A DNA stretch of 64,000 nt from the human T2T-CHM13v2.0 reference genome, Homo sapiens: NCBI RefSeq assembly GCF_009914755.1, contig NC_060926.1. One strand, written 5' to 3'. How positions within the stretch are numbered: the first letter of the stretch is position 1; each line of letters opens with the position of its first letter. The notes below the pieces were generated by a model. That model saw only the letters and a program-made list of their open reading frames with translations, did no database searches and was not told the origin of the DNA. The position numbers were made by a program, and so were the translations under genes. Shown here one piece after another: positions 42,563 through 61,428 of the stretch.

Positions 42563-43199
42563 TCACCATCTGAATAAATTATTGAATTTTAATAGCTGAG
42601 AAGTGGCATCTTGGTATAGTTTTAATTTGTACTTATCTTCTTATGAGCCATGTTGTGTAACTTTTCACATGTTTAAGATCAACTTCCAATTATTTTCCTA
42701 TGAAATCTCTATGCATATCTTTTTAATTTTTTCAATATATTGTTGGTCTATTTCCCCTAAATTTGTAAGAACTAATTGTATATTAGAGATAGTACCCCTT
42801 TGTCTATGATATAAGTTGCAAACCTATTTTCCCACTCTTTCATTTGTTTTTCAACTATGGTGGTAGTCTTTTCTTGCCATGAGAAAAATTTTGTTTTTGC
42901 TTGTCTTTGATGTAGTTGAATTGACCAGTCTTTTAAAATTGTGTCATTATTAGATGAGCGACTTTCTTTCCAGCTCACCTGAGAATGTGTTTTCCTGTTG
43001 AGCTATGGAATGGGCGTTGGGTATTTTGTGTTCCTCTGAGAAAGAGAAGAGGTGTGTCTGGCAGCCAGGAGTTGACCTGGTCCTATCTGCTGGGTGTTGG
43101 CGATGCTGTGAGCTGCCTGGCACCCACAGATGGATGTTGATGTTCTCTTGTGAGCATCAGCAATTTCATAGAACATCTCCTTCAGACCATATCATTTTG

Positions 43200-43680
43200 T
43201 GCCAATACTTAAGACAAAAACAAGACCTCTTCATAATCATGTCTGAGCATGAGCAAAGCATGAGCATTGTTCAGATCACACAAATGACCAATGTCTCTCT
43301 ATTCTAGCTAAGATGAATAACTACTGTTTCTTCACCAACTACAGCTTTAACGTTCTTTACCAATTATAGCCTTAACCCATTAAGGCTTTAATACAGGTTT
43401 ACATCTTTCTACATAAGATTTATTAAGATACCCTAATACGATAGAATTACCCCCAATTCCTGACAACACCCAGTTCAGATCAAAGCCCCATTTCCTGAAA
43501 CCCTTCTCCCAGATTATTGCCTAACACTACCCCAAATCCTCTAAGTCCTTTCTGACATCCTCTTAGTGAGACACCCCACCGTTCCCTGTAGTTTGTATTC
43601 TCCCTCACTTAACCAGTAATAACCTCACTTCTTCAACTACAGGTGTGTTCCTGGTGGCCTTTGATTGGAGCCCATTAACA
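43200..43680 (+). mobile_element. ERVL-type solo LTR (MER54/MER74-like)
   Basis: 3' end caactacaggtgtgttcctggtggcctttgattggagcccattaaca resembles this LTR group; 5' end uncertain. Confidence 0.55.
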
Positions 43681-44683
43681 TCTCCACTTTTCCTGGTAGC
43701 CCAAGGGAATGGGGAGACAGTAGAGGGAAAGGGCAGCTGAGGGCTCTGAGCATTGGTTAGAATGCTTGGGCAACAGATCGCTCTTCCGGTTTCAGTACCA
43801 TGAGGACTCCCCTGGGCATTGGTTTGCTTTCCTCATTCCATGTGTAGCCTTGACTTCTCTTAGAGGAAGTGCACCCTGATGTCCCTCCACCTTGTTTCTC
43901 CTGTTTCTCCCCAGCATCTGTTTCCACCAGTCACCAGCAAGCGGAGGATCGTATAAGGACACCCTTCAGTGTCAGTGTGCTTCATTATGCTTTTGGATGT
44001 GTTAGTAAAAATTCTCCGGATTTGGAGGTGGGTGTGGAGGGTGGGGCTGGAGGACGGAAGAGGAACTTAGGAGCTAAATGCTGACCCTCTCTATTTTGCT
44101 CCAGAATGTTCTTTTCCTTTCTCTCTTTGAGTCACCAGTTTCTTTACTGTATTAGGCTATGCCCCTTTCCTCGTTTTATTGCTATCAGTCATTGCTTATT
44201 GGCCTTTATAATTTTTTTAGTACCAGGATGGAAAACTCTACAATATTGTTTTTTTCCAATACCGAAGGCGTCTCCTCTCCTCATCCCTGCTCTTTCCCTC
44301 CAGTTAAAAAAGATAAATAAACACTCTCTGTTGACAAATGTCTTTTCTCTTTTCTGTAGACTCTGTGAGTTCTCCTTTCAGTTTATGCTTTTGGAAACAA
44401 AAGTCCTTGTCTGTCCTTCAGGTGCGAGTCAGAGCCAGATTCCTGACTAAATGGAGGGATGCAATGAGAAATTCATAATAAGAAATTATTTTGTTGTCAT
44501 CTATCATGTAAGTTTTGTCTTTAGTGGTGGTAACATGTGCTCATTCATCGTAGTTTGTTGCTTGTGCCACGTGGTCATTGTCTCATGCTTATGGGCACCT
44601 CTCTTTAGTGACACCCACCTATTGGGGGGAGTCCCATTTGTAAATAATTTTGTTGATGTGCTGAATACAAATTGATTTCCTAG

Positions 44684-45078
44684 AGTCTTGTCTGTTTTGG
44701 GCTGCTATAAGAGAATACCATAGACTGAGTAATTTATAAGGAACAGAAATTTGTTTTTTTCACAGTTCTGGAGGCTGAGAAGTCCAAAATCCAGGGGCCA
44801 TTAGGTTCATTGTCAGGTAAGTGTCTGGTCTCTGTTTCCAAGATGTCGCCTTGAAGGCTGCTTCTTCCAGAGAGAAGGAGTGCTGTGTCCTCACAAGGCA
44901 GGAGACCGAAGGGCAAAAGGATTCTAACTTCCTCCGTCATGCCTTTTTCTAAGCAAATCTAATCCTATTCATGACAGCAGAGCCCTCATAGCCTAATCAC
45001 CTCCAAAAGGCCCCACCTCTTAATACTATCATATTTGTAATATTTGATTCCTGGAGGGGATGCATTCAAACCATAGCA
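44684..45078 (-). mobile_element. MaLR solo LTR (MST/MLT1A-like)
   Basis: ggctgctataagagaataccatagactgagtaatttataa...aggccccacctcttaatac...caaaccatagca. Confidence 0.85.
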
Positions 45079-46191
45079 GATGCTCATGAAACTGGAAACA
45101 GTGGCTAATGCCGAGAAAGAAGCTGAGGATCTGGGAAGTCTTACTTGTGGATTTTACGTTATATGTTCCATTCCCACATGTAAATAAATGAGTTAATTGA
45201 AATGGAAGAAAATAAAGAAAGATGGAGAATTGCGACATGGAACAATGGACAGCAGTCATAACATAATGGGTGAAAACAAAGCTCAAGTACATGAGGATGA
45301 TTATATCTTTAATGGTATCTTGAAGCTCTCAGAGATCATCAAGTCTTGACTTCTATGTTAAAAAAGAAAGAAAACTGATGACCCATATTTCAACTGAGGC
45401 ATGTGACATTTCTGCTCTACTCAGCACTCCTCACTTATCTAACAAAAATTCATTACGGCTTCTTATGTTCCAGGCACCGGGCTAGGTGTTTAAGGAAAAC
45501 AGAGGGAGGAAATAAAAATGTTTATAAAACGGCTTTTGTCCTCAAGCAGCTCACAGGGCAGAGAGACCCTGACAGAATAGAGACCTCATGAAGAGTGGAG
45601 ATGGGAAGGGCATTCTCTCCACACGCATCCCTGTCCCACCTCGGAGATTCCCTCCTCAGAACGCTCCCTCTTACTGCTTTCCTGTCTCACTCTTTCAAGC
45701 TCTCGGTTTAGAAGGTGTTTCCTTAGAGCACCCTTGCTGACCTCTCAAGTCTGGTGAAAGGCCCTTCTCACTGGTGCCTGGATGCCCTGTGTACTCCTGT
45801 CATGCACACAACATAGCATAGTAAAATGCCTGGCGTGTGTGTTTGTCTTTTCAATACTCTGAGCTCTGCTCATTGGCAAATCTCAGGACATAGCACAAGC
45901 TGTGGCCCCTAAACGTTAACTGAATGAACGAACGGAATCACTGGTGTCTCTTTAGCTTGAAGAATAGAAAGCCCTTGTAGGACAAAGAAGATTGGGAGAA
46001 ATGTGAAGTCTGGTGTGGACTCTGTCAGAAGGCAGAACTGAACCAATGGATGGACTTAGAGAGACTTCGGTTTCACATCAGGAATGATATCATAGTCAGA
46101 ACTCACCACACACATAATAGGTTAGATGAGGGAGGAGGGAGTCCTTCATTGCAGGAGTTTTTAAGGTGAATACAAGAAATGGGAGGCATTC

Positions 46192-46556
<365 letters not shown>

Positions 46557-47243
46557 CTAGAAAGTGCATGACAGGTTTCTTTTTCCTTATATTTTTCTTT
46601 TTTAAATACAAAAGTAATACCAGTCCACTGAAAATTTGAAAAGTATATGGCATTAAAAAGAGAAAAATAACATCTGATAATCCAACAAGATAAACTCTCT
46701 AAAATTTCTTTTCTCTTTTTAAATGAATATGTTAAGCTTGAAATATAATTTTAAATTTATCTTGATGTTTTACTCAACAATGTAGAAGCATCTTTTATGT
46801 CATTATTTTAAGTCACAACCACTTTTAGTGATGATAATTAAAAGAACCATTTGCTTTTTCCTTACTGTCCCGTTTTTAGATTTTTGGCTAGTGTCTAATT
46901 TTTCCCTGTTATAAATAATGCTGAGATGAACAGAACATGTAGAGTTCTAATAATTTGCAAGTGAATAGCATATGAAAAACATGAGCAAAAATTTTGCAGT
47001 CATAATGACTCAACACAAGTTTTAAATAAATTACTTTCGTTTTGAGCATTCATTCTTAAATATGTTATAGGAAGTAAGTAAGAAGCATTCCTTACTCCTT
47101 ATTTTGTTTATAAATTAGTGATGAATTGGAAAGGGTAGCTTGCCCCTGGAATTCTCTGATAAGCACAGGTGATGAGGAAAATGGAGAAATCCAAGAATTC
47201 CTTTGTCTTTCCTTAAAAGTAGTCAGCTTTAAGTGCAGTGCAG

Positions 47244-47329
47244 GCGTGCCCTCTAGCGGCCAAATAAAAAATAAAGAAATACAGGAAACCTTCAGCCACG
47301 TAACAATCGCACGTCCCCTCTAGTGGCTA
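47244..47329 (-). promoter_or_regulatory. Tandem CTCF-like motifs
   Basis: Minus-strand TGGCCGCTAGAGGGCACGC (47244-47262) and TAGCCACTAGAGGGGACGT (47311-47329), in non-repeat DNA with retained CpGs. Confidence 0.7.
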
Positions 47330-47698
47330 ACGTGTGTAAATGCAGTTTTTCTAATCACAATAGCGAATGTTACTTGATTTACATTTGTCTCATGAGGTGA
47401 AGAACTGGGAGGAATCTTTGAGATCACGTATTTCAACTTCCTCATTTGCAAAGGAAATAAAACAAGGTTTAGAATAGGAAAGTGACTTGCTCAAGTCCAC
47501 AAAGACGTTACAAACTGAGCTTAGAATAGAACTCTGGTTTCCTGATGCCCTGATTAATGTTTCCTGCTGGCTCAGCCCTAATCCAGACGCTGCAACTATG
47601 TCTCTATTTTCCCCTCATCACACTCTTTGGACCTAGCGAGTGTGCATGTGTGTGTTTGTATGGAACTAGGAGGGTGGGCATTAAAAGTCCTTCCTTGC

Positions 47699-47993
47699 GG
47701 CCAGGCGCTGTGGCCCAAGTCTATAATCCCAGCACTTTGGGAGGCCGAGGCAGGCGGATCACGAGGTCATGAGATCGAGATCATCCAGGCCAACATGGTG
47801 AAACCACGTCTCTACTAAAAATACAAAAATTAGCTGGGTGTGGTAGCACGCACCCGTAGTCCCAGCTACTTGGGAGGCTGAGGCAGGAGAATCGCTTGAA
47901 CCCGGGAGGCGAGGTTGCAGTGAGCTGAGATCACTGCCACTGCACTCCAGCTTGGGCGACAGAGTGAGACTCCATCTCAAAAAAAAAAAAAAA
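47699..47993 (+). mobile_element. Alu (AluSc-like)
   Basis: Alu body; perfect TSD AAAAGTCCTTCCTTGC. Confidence 0.95.
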
Positions 47994-48304
47994 GTCCTTC
48001 CTTGCTAACAATATGAGCCTCATAGAAATAATTTGCTACCCTCAAATGTGCACCACGCAATTTCCCTAGCTACACCCTGTCTCCAACGTGCCCTTGTTCT
48101 GGGGCTGCCACACTCATAACCTGTTGCTGCAGACTTGCACAGTCTTTCCCATGGAGAATGAGCCCAGCATCACCTCAGCAGGGCTGCTGCTACTCTGTTT
48201 TTACTGGGACTGCAGAAGTGCTTCTCAGAGTCAGGATTTCTCAAAATTAGGTATGCATTTATTTCTCATACCTCTAGATACTGAAAATTTCATTGTGTAA
48301 CTTC

Positions 48305-50152
<1,848 letters not shown>

Positions 50153-52136
50153 CTAATGCCCTGACACCCATGAATCCGTTTTAGTGGAATCCAGATCTCT
50201 AAGAAACAGATATAAAATATTTGTTCCTATCCAACTTTGATTACTATATTTCCAACTATGTTGCTGTCTGTAAGTAGAGTCTGCATACATGTTTCTGGTT
50301 CATATATGCCTAGGGTTCCAGAGCATTACATTTCCATCAAAATGTAGATCCCAAGAATGCCAGAGAGGGTCAGGCAGAGGATAGAACAAAGTGATTTTCA
50401 GATACTGCAGTAGGAAGGTGGATCCACCTCTTGACTGGTACTTGTAACCATGAAGTGTGGGAAAGTAACGACCAGATTGAGTAAATGACCAGAAATTCAA
50501 AACTAAGCCATAACAAATTTGTCTATTTCTGCTTTTGTTGACTGCTATCAGGGTTACATCAAAAACAGTATTGCTGAGACCAGTGTTGTGGAGCTTTAAC
50601 CCTTATGTTTTCTTCTAGTAATTTTACAGTTCAGGCCTTCTATTTAAATCTTCATTTGGAGTTGGTATTAGTATGTGGTGTAAGTTAGGGGACTAACTTT
50701 ATTTTTCCTGTGGATATTCAGTTTTCTCAACACCATTTGTAGAACAGACTATCCTTTAACCATTGTATGTCCTTGGCACCTTTGTCAAAAATAAGTTGAC
50801 TGTGTGTGGGTTTATTTCTGGGTTTTCCATTTTGTTTAGCCAATTTGTCCATTTATATGCCACTACCATGCTATTTGGATTACAATTGTTTTACAATATG
50901 TAATAAAATTAGGTAGCATGCTGTCTCTTGCTTTGTTCTTTTTGCTCAAGATTATTTTATCTATTTTAGGTCTGTTCAATACAAATGTCAAGATTTTTTT
51001 TTCCATTTCTGTAAAAGAATGGCATTGGAATTTTGATAGTGATTGCATCAAATATGTTGCTTTTGGTATTTTGTTCATTTTCACAATATTAATTCATCCC
51101 ATCCACAAACATGAATTTTTTTTTTCATTTACTTGTGTTTTTAAATTTTTGTTCATTGGTGTTTTATAGTTTTTCATATACAGGACTTTTAATTTTTTGC
51201 TTAAATTTACACCTAAGTATTTAATTTTTGTTGCTATCGTACTTGGGATCTTTAAAAAATTTCTTCAGATAGTTTGTTATTTGTATGCAGAAACACTTCT
51301 GATCTTTGTTGGCTTGTTTTGTATCCTGAAGCCTTATTGAATTCATGCATCAGTTCTAACAGTTTTTGGTGGAATATTTAGGGTTTTCTGTATACAGGAT
51401 CATGTTGTCTGCAATTAGAGATAATTTCACTTGTTTTTTTTCTGAGTAGGATGCTTTTCTTTTCTTTTCTTGTCTAATTGTTCTGCCTAGGAATTCCACT
51501 GTTATGATGAAAAGAAGTGGTGAGCATGGTCATCATTGTCTTGTCCCTGAACATGGAAGAAAAGCTTTCAGCTTTTCACGGTTGAGAATAATGTTAGCTA
51601 AGAGCTTGTCATACATGGTTCTTTTTTGTGTCGAGATACATTTTCTCTACACTTAATTTGTTGAGAGCTTGCATCATGAAAAGGTTTTAAATTTTTTCAT
51701 GTACTTTTTCTGCATGTATTGAGAGAATCATATGATTTTTGTCTTTGACCTTGTTCATGCATTTTATCACATGTATTCATATGCATATGTTGAAACCAGC
51801 TTGCATTCAAAGGATAAATCCCACTTGATCATGGTTAATGATTCCATTCATATATTCTTAAATTTGGTTTCTAATATTTTGTTGAAGATTTTTGCATCAG
51901 GGTTCATTACTGACATTGACCTAGTATTTTTGTCTCTTGTAGTGTCCTTGTCTGTCTTTGGTATCAGAATGATGATAGCCTAATAAAATGAGTTTGGAAG
52001 TATTTCCTCTATTTCACTTTTTTGGAAGAGTTTGAGAGTAATTAGTATTAGTTCTTTAAAGGTTTGTCAGAATTTAGCAGTGAAGCCTTCTGGTCCTGTG
52101 CTTTTCTTTCGTGGGAGGCTTTTAATTTCTGCTTCA

Positions 52137-52432
<296 letters not shown>

Positions 52433-54263
52433 ATTCTGCTTCAATTTCCTTATTATTTATTAGTCCATTCAGATTTTCTGTTTCTTCTTCATTCAGTCTT
52501 AGTAAGTTGTATATTTGTGGAAATGTTTTTATTTCGTCTATGTTATCCAAGTTGTTGGCATACAAATGTTCATTATATGAACAATTGTAATCCTTTGTAT
52601 TTTAGAGTTAAAAGTTGTAATTTCTCCTATTTCTTTTCTGATCTTATTTGTTGGAATAGTCTTTTTTCTAGTTAGTCTAGATACGGATTGGTTGCTTTTG
52701 TTTATTGCCTTAAAAAAAGTTCAGTATTAATTCTTTCCATTGGGTTTCTCATATCTATTTTATTTATTTCCACTTTAATCTTTGCTATTTTCTTATTTCT
52801 GCTAATTCTTGGCTTTGTTTCTCATCTAGTTCATTGAGGTATAATGATTGATTTAACTACATTCTATAAGTTTTGGTCTGTTGTGTTTTCATTTTTGTGT
52901 GTCTTAACTTTTTTTTTTATTTTTTCTGTAACTCATGGGCCATTTATGAATATTTTAAATTTTGCCATTTTATGTATTTTTCAAGATTTCTTCTGTTACT
53001 GATTTCTAGCTTTATGCCGTTGGGATGCAAAAATTTTCTTTCTATAATTCAATTCTCTAATATTTGTTAAGATCTGTTTTGTGGCCTAACATATGATATA
53101 TACTGGAGAATGCTCCACCCACATTTCAGAAGAACATGTACACTTCTGCTGTTGGATAGGATGTTCTGGGTATATCTGTTAGATCCAGTTGCTCCAAAGT
53201 GTGATTCAAATCTAATGTTTCTTAATTTATTATCTTTCTAAATGATCTTTCCATTATTGAAATTGGGGTATTGAGGTCTCCTGCTATTATAGTATTGCAG
53301 TATATTTTTCTCATCAGATTATTTAATAATTGCTTTATGAATTTAGGTCTTCTGACCTTGAGTGCATATATATTTACAAGTACTATGTCTTCATGATGAA
53401 TTAACTCCTTTATCATTATGCAGTGAACCCTATGTCTTTTATAGGTTTTGACTTAGTTTATTTCTTTTAATAATAAGTATAGCTCCCCCTACTCTATTTT
53501 AGTTTCCATTTGCATGGAATATCTTTTTTCATCTTTTCAATTTCAGCCTATATATGTCTTGACTAGTAAAGTGAGTCTCTTGTGAGGCAGCACATGATTG
53601 AATCTTGTTTTTTATTCTATCCATTGAGATGCTCTATGTCCTTTTATTTGACAATGTAATGCACTTACCATCAAGGTAATTATTTATAGGGAAGGACTTG
53701 CTACTGCCACTTTGTAATTTTTTTTCTGATTGTTTTATAAGTTCTTTGTTTCCTTTTTCTCTCTTGCTGAACTCTTTTATAGCTTGATGGCTTTCTGTGG
53801 TAGTATGCTTTAAAATTTTGGATAAATTGCAAAATGAACTTTTTTATTTTGTGCAGTTACTATAGGTTTTGTGGTTATCATGAAACTTACATAAAATATC
53901 ATATTCTTATAACAAGCTACTCTAACAACTTCTGATAACAACTTCTCTTTAATTGCATCCAAAAGTCTACATTTTCATTCTCTCTCCCACACAATTGTAC
54001 AATTTTATGTCAAAATTTACACTTTTATTTCATATTTATATACCTTAACAATTTATTGTAGCTACAGTTATTTTCCATAGCTTTGTCTGCTAACCCTACT
54101 AGTAGGGATAAAATTGCTTTACAAACCACCCTTAGAATATTAGAGCATTTTGAGCATGACTGTGTATTACTGATAGCATTGAAGCTTTTTACTTTTATGT
54201 TTTTTTCTTACTAGTTAGGCTTTTATTTCAATGTAAGGCTCTTCCTTTAGTAATTCTGATTAA

Positions 54264-54680
<417 letters not shown>

Positions 54681-55366
54681 CATAGTATTGTTGATTGGCA
54701 TTTTTGTTTGTTTGCTTGCTTGTTTGCTTTAGCATTTTGAATACATCATTCCTCTCTCTTGTGGACTGTAGGGTTTTCTGCAGAGAAATCCACTGAAAGC
54801 CATATTGAAGCTCCCTTGAATGTGATGTATTTCTTGTTTATTTGCTGTTTTCAGTATCCTTTGTTTTTCATTTTTAATAACTTCATTGTGATGTGTGTTG
54901 ATAAACTCCTCTTGGATTGAAATGGATTCATGACCTCTGCAGTTTTCATACCTCGATGTTGTCATCATTCTTCATGTTTGGGAAATTTTTAGTCATTATT
55001 TGATTAAATATGCTTTCTAGGCCTTTTTCTTTTTCTTCTCCTTCAGAAACTGATATTATATGAAAGTTGGGTTGTTTGGTTGAGTCCCATAATTGCCATA
55101 GGCATTTGTTATTCTTTTTTGTTGTTGTTGTTTTTCCCCTGATGGAATCATTTCAAATGTTTTTTCTTTAAGCTCACTGATTCTTTTTTTCTGCTAATAA
55201 AATCAGCTGCTGAAGCATTGTATTAAATTTTTAGTTTGTTGTATTCTCTATATCTAAAATTTCTATTTATTTTTTGTTATCATATCTATTTCTACTTCAG
55301 AACTATCATTCTGTTAATGAATTGTTTCCCAAATTTATTTTAGTATGTTATCCATATTTTCTTGTA

Positions 55367-57950
<2,584 letters not shown>

Positions 57951-58639
57951 AAATAAAGTGCTAATTGTAAAAAACAACAAAAATATTTCCAATTTAGTTT
58001 GAACCTTCAATGTATACCTTAAGCAAGTGACTTGAAGGAAATTTGAATGCTGCGTTCCTTCTCCCAGCTCTGCCTCACTGAGGATGGGAATCCAGTGGCA
58101 CCTGAGACTCCTGGATGTAGTGCCTGGGTGACATTCCTGTGGAGAAAAGCACTTTAGGGCCAGTCTCTAGATGTCTTCTCATGGGTCTTCTGCTTTCACA
58201 TGAAGCTTTTGAGAAGATGAGGAAAATTATTTAATTAGTCACAGACTATCAAAATCTATGTTCAAGATAGCGGCTTATAGTGGCTTATATCTACTCATAA
58301 GGGCAGAGCCCTCATGATTAAACACTTCCTATTAGGCTCTGTCTCTCAATTCTGTTGCCTTGGGGATTAAGGTAACAGCAGATAGATTTGAGGGGACACA
58401 GTGATGAGGGAAGGCTCATTCCAAGCCCTGTGGTCTGCCATGCGTGCAGGCAGGGCTGCCTTTCTCAGAGAGAGCAGTGAGGGGCAGAGATGGGAATGGG
58501 GAACCAGCAGAAGCACAGTGAAAGAAAAAGGCCTGGATGCAGACATGGACAGATGCATCCATCCAGAAAAAAGCACCTGTACTTTCCCCCTGGAGTTGCA
58601 TCCCTCTGGAATGGTGTTTCCTGGCAAGTCAGTTGCAAG

Positions 58640-59470
<831 letters not shown>

Positions 59471-59514
59471 AAGCAAGTTTCCTTAAAATTCAGGCCCCTG
59501 AATGGGCAGCAGGA

Positions 59515-60002
59515 GGGTGTGTGCAGATGCTACACCAGAGTGATTTGGCCACTTCTACTCAGGAATCAGTAATACTCCCCAGAACCCCAGGCTGCAGGCC
59601 ACTGATGCTGATGTAGGTGGATCCACTTCCTCTGCTGCTGAACCAGGCTGAGATGATGTGAGATATAATGAGTCCGAATCTGCGTCCAGTTTTATCCAAA
59701 TCCAAGTGATTTCTCCATATATGTGGGCATTTGCTTGATAGGAGATGGAGACTCTCTTTCCTGGATGTCAGACAGGAGGCTGGCATCTTGGTCAGAATGT
59801 CCCCTCTTACTGCTAAACAGTGAAAGAGGAAAGTGGCATTGATAGTGCAAGGCAGGGACATGCACTGAGCAGCAGCTGCCCTCACTAGGAGAGAGGGTTC
59901 ACTGTCCTGATCTTTCCCAAGTTCTCTCCTTTACGTGTTCTCCAGAAATCCAGACTCCAGAGCACCCAGGGACAGGCTGGTGGGCAGTGCAGCTCAGAAC
60001 AT
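59515..60002 (-). pseudogene. Highly decayed Ig kappa-like V gene relic (leader, intron, V exon, degenerate RSS)
   Basis: Acceptor ttcactgtttAG (59814-59813), 11-nt L-part2, then GAC ATT; VSIS[Y]QANAHIYGEITW; WFSSRGSG; ISGLQP...GEYY[TGA]; heptamer-like CACTCTG (59542-59536) at the canonical distance from the second Cys position. Confidence 0.8.
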
Positions 60003-60790
60003 TACTCAGTGGATATGGTATTGGTCTTCTTACTTTAGAGACAATTGATCCTTAGGTAATTTCAAGTTTATCTTAATCCATGCTCCTATAATTGGAGGAA
60101 GAAACAAGTAACTTTTTTTTGAAGTAATCAGATCCGGCATCACTAGTCAGCGCTTCCTGCTGATAAACCCTGGGGAACATACCCAATGACAGAAAAGGAG
60201 GTATAATATAGAGATCCCCAAAGCAAAAATAAGATGCAGCTCATATAATCTCTGGGCATTATTGAGGTCTATAGGTTTGCATAAATGTGCAACTGTAAGT
60301 GGTACACACATTAAGGACTTATAGCACCATCTTTGTGCACCTGCAGTGAATTGCTTGACCTTACACTGATAATAAGAATGGTTTAAGGTTATTATAGAAT
60401 ACTTACAAATATATTTAGCATTATCTTGATATTTTTCCTTTTTTTTTAAGAAGGAACAATTACACACTCACAGAAATGTAACTATACCACAAAGTACCCC
60501 CCTCCCTTTCAGAGTATTTTTAAGACCTGCTGATTCCACACTCTAAAAACTTTACTTTGAGTTTCCTACAGAGAACAATTTCTCCCAAATAATCCCCTTA
60601 CGCCAATGGAATACATTACTCCCTCAAGTACTCAGCAGTATTTCAAATTTCGACAATTATCAAAAAATATTCTTTGTTTCAAATTGACCCCCAGCAAGAA
60701 ACAGATTAAAGACAAATCTGTGTTGCCCTGGTCCGACCTGAGATCCTGAGGACACTGTCCTTGTGCTGAGTTACTGAGATGAGCCAGCCC

Positions 60791-60880
60791 TGCAGCTGTG
60801 CCCAGTGGGCCCCATCCCCTGCTGATTTGCATGTTCCCAGAGCCCAGCCCCCTCCCTGCCCTGAAGACTTTTTTATAGGC
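60791..60880 (+). promoter_or_regulatory. V-kappa promoter: pentadecamer/E-box, octamer, TATA-like
   Basis: TGCAGCTGTGCCCAG 60791-60805; TGATTTGCAT 60823-60832 (octamer 60825-60832); TTTATA 60872-60877. Confidence 0.92.
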
Positions 60881-60923
60881 TGGTCACACCCTGTGCAGGA
60901 GTCAGTCCCAGCCAGGACACAGC

Positions 60924-61400
60924 ATGGAAATGAGGGTCCCCGCTCAGCTCCTGGGGCTCCTGCTGCTCTGGCTCCGAGGTAAGGAAGGAGAACACTAGGA
61001 ATTTACTCAGCCAGTGTATTCGGTACTGGCTGGATTTTCAGGGAGGGCTTCTCATAACGTGATTGATTGTGTGGATGTTTGTTTTTATGCTTCCAACCTC
61101 AGGTGCCAGATGTGACATCCAGGTGACCCAGTCTCCATCTTCCCTGTCTGCGTCTGTAGGAGACAGAGTCACCATCACCTGCCGGGCAAGTCAGGGCATT
61201 AGCAATGGGTTATCCTGGTATCAGCAGAAACCAGGGCAAGCCCCTACGCTCCTGATCTATGCTGCATCCAGTTTGCAGTCGGGGGTCCCATCTCGGTTCA
61301 GTGGCAGTGGATCTGGGACAGATTTCACTCTCACCATCAGCAGCCTGCAGCCTGAAGATGTTGCAACTTATTACTGTCTACAGGATTATACTACCCCATT
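60924..61400 (+). CDS. IGKV1OR2-108: Immunoglobulin kappa variable gene segment, IGKV1 subgroup, unrearranged orphon (exon 1 60924-60978, exon 2 61103-61400)
   Basis: Leader [22 protein letters not shown], 124-nt GT-AG intron, open V region [95 protein letters not shown] with both Cys and the Trp. The IGKV1 call is certain; the symbol is from recognition of the sequence. Confidence 0.9.
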
Positions 61401-61428
61401 CACAGTGTTACAAGCCATAACAAAAACC
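61401..61428 (+). other. 12-spacer recombination signal sequence
   Basis: CACAGTG (61401-61407) + 12 nt TTACAAGCCATA + ACAAAAACC (61420-61428): perfect consensus heptamer and nonamer. Confidence 0.98.

Noticed and set aside
50360-50460. IGKV2-like GGATCCACCTCTTGACTGGTACTTG patch and 14-bp palindrome
   Set aside because: No FR1, FR3, YYC or RSS at the expected spacing; likely chance.
58390-58545. Two CACAGTG heptamers as cryptic RSSs
   Set aside because: No nonamer at 12- or 23-bp spacing.
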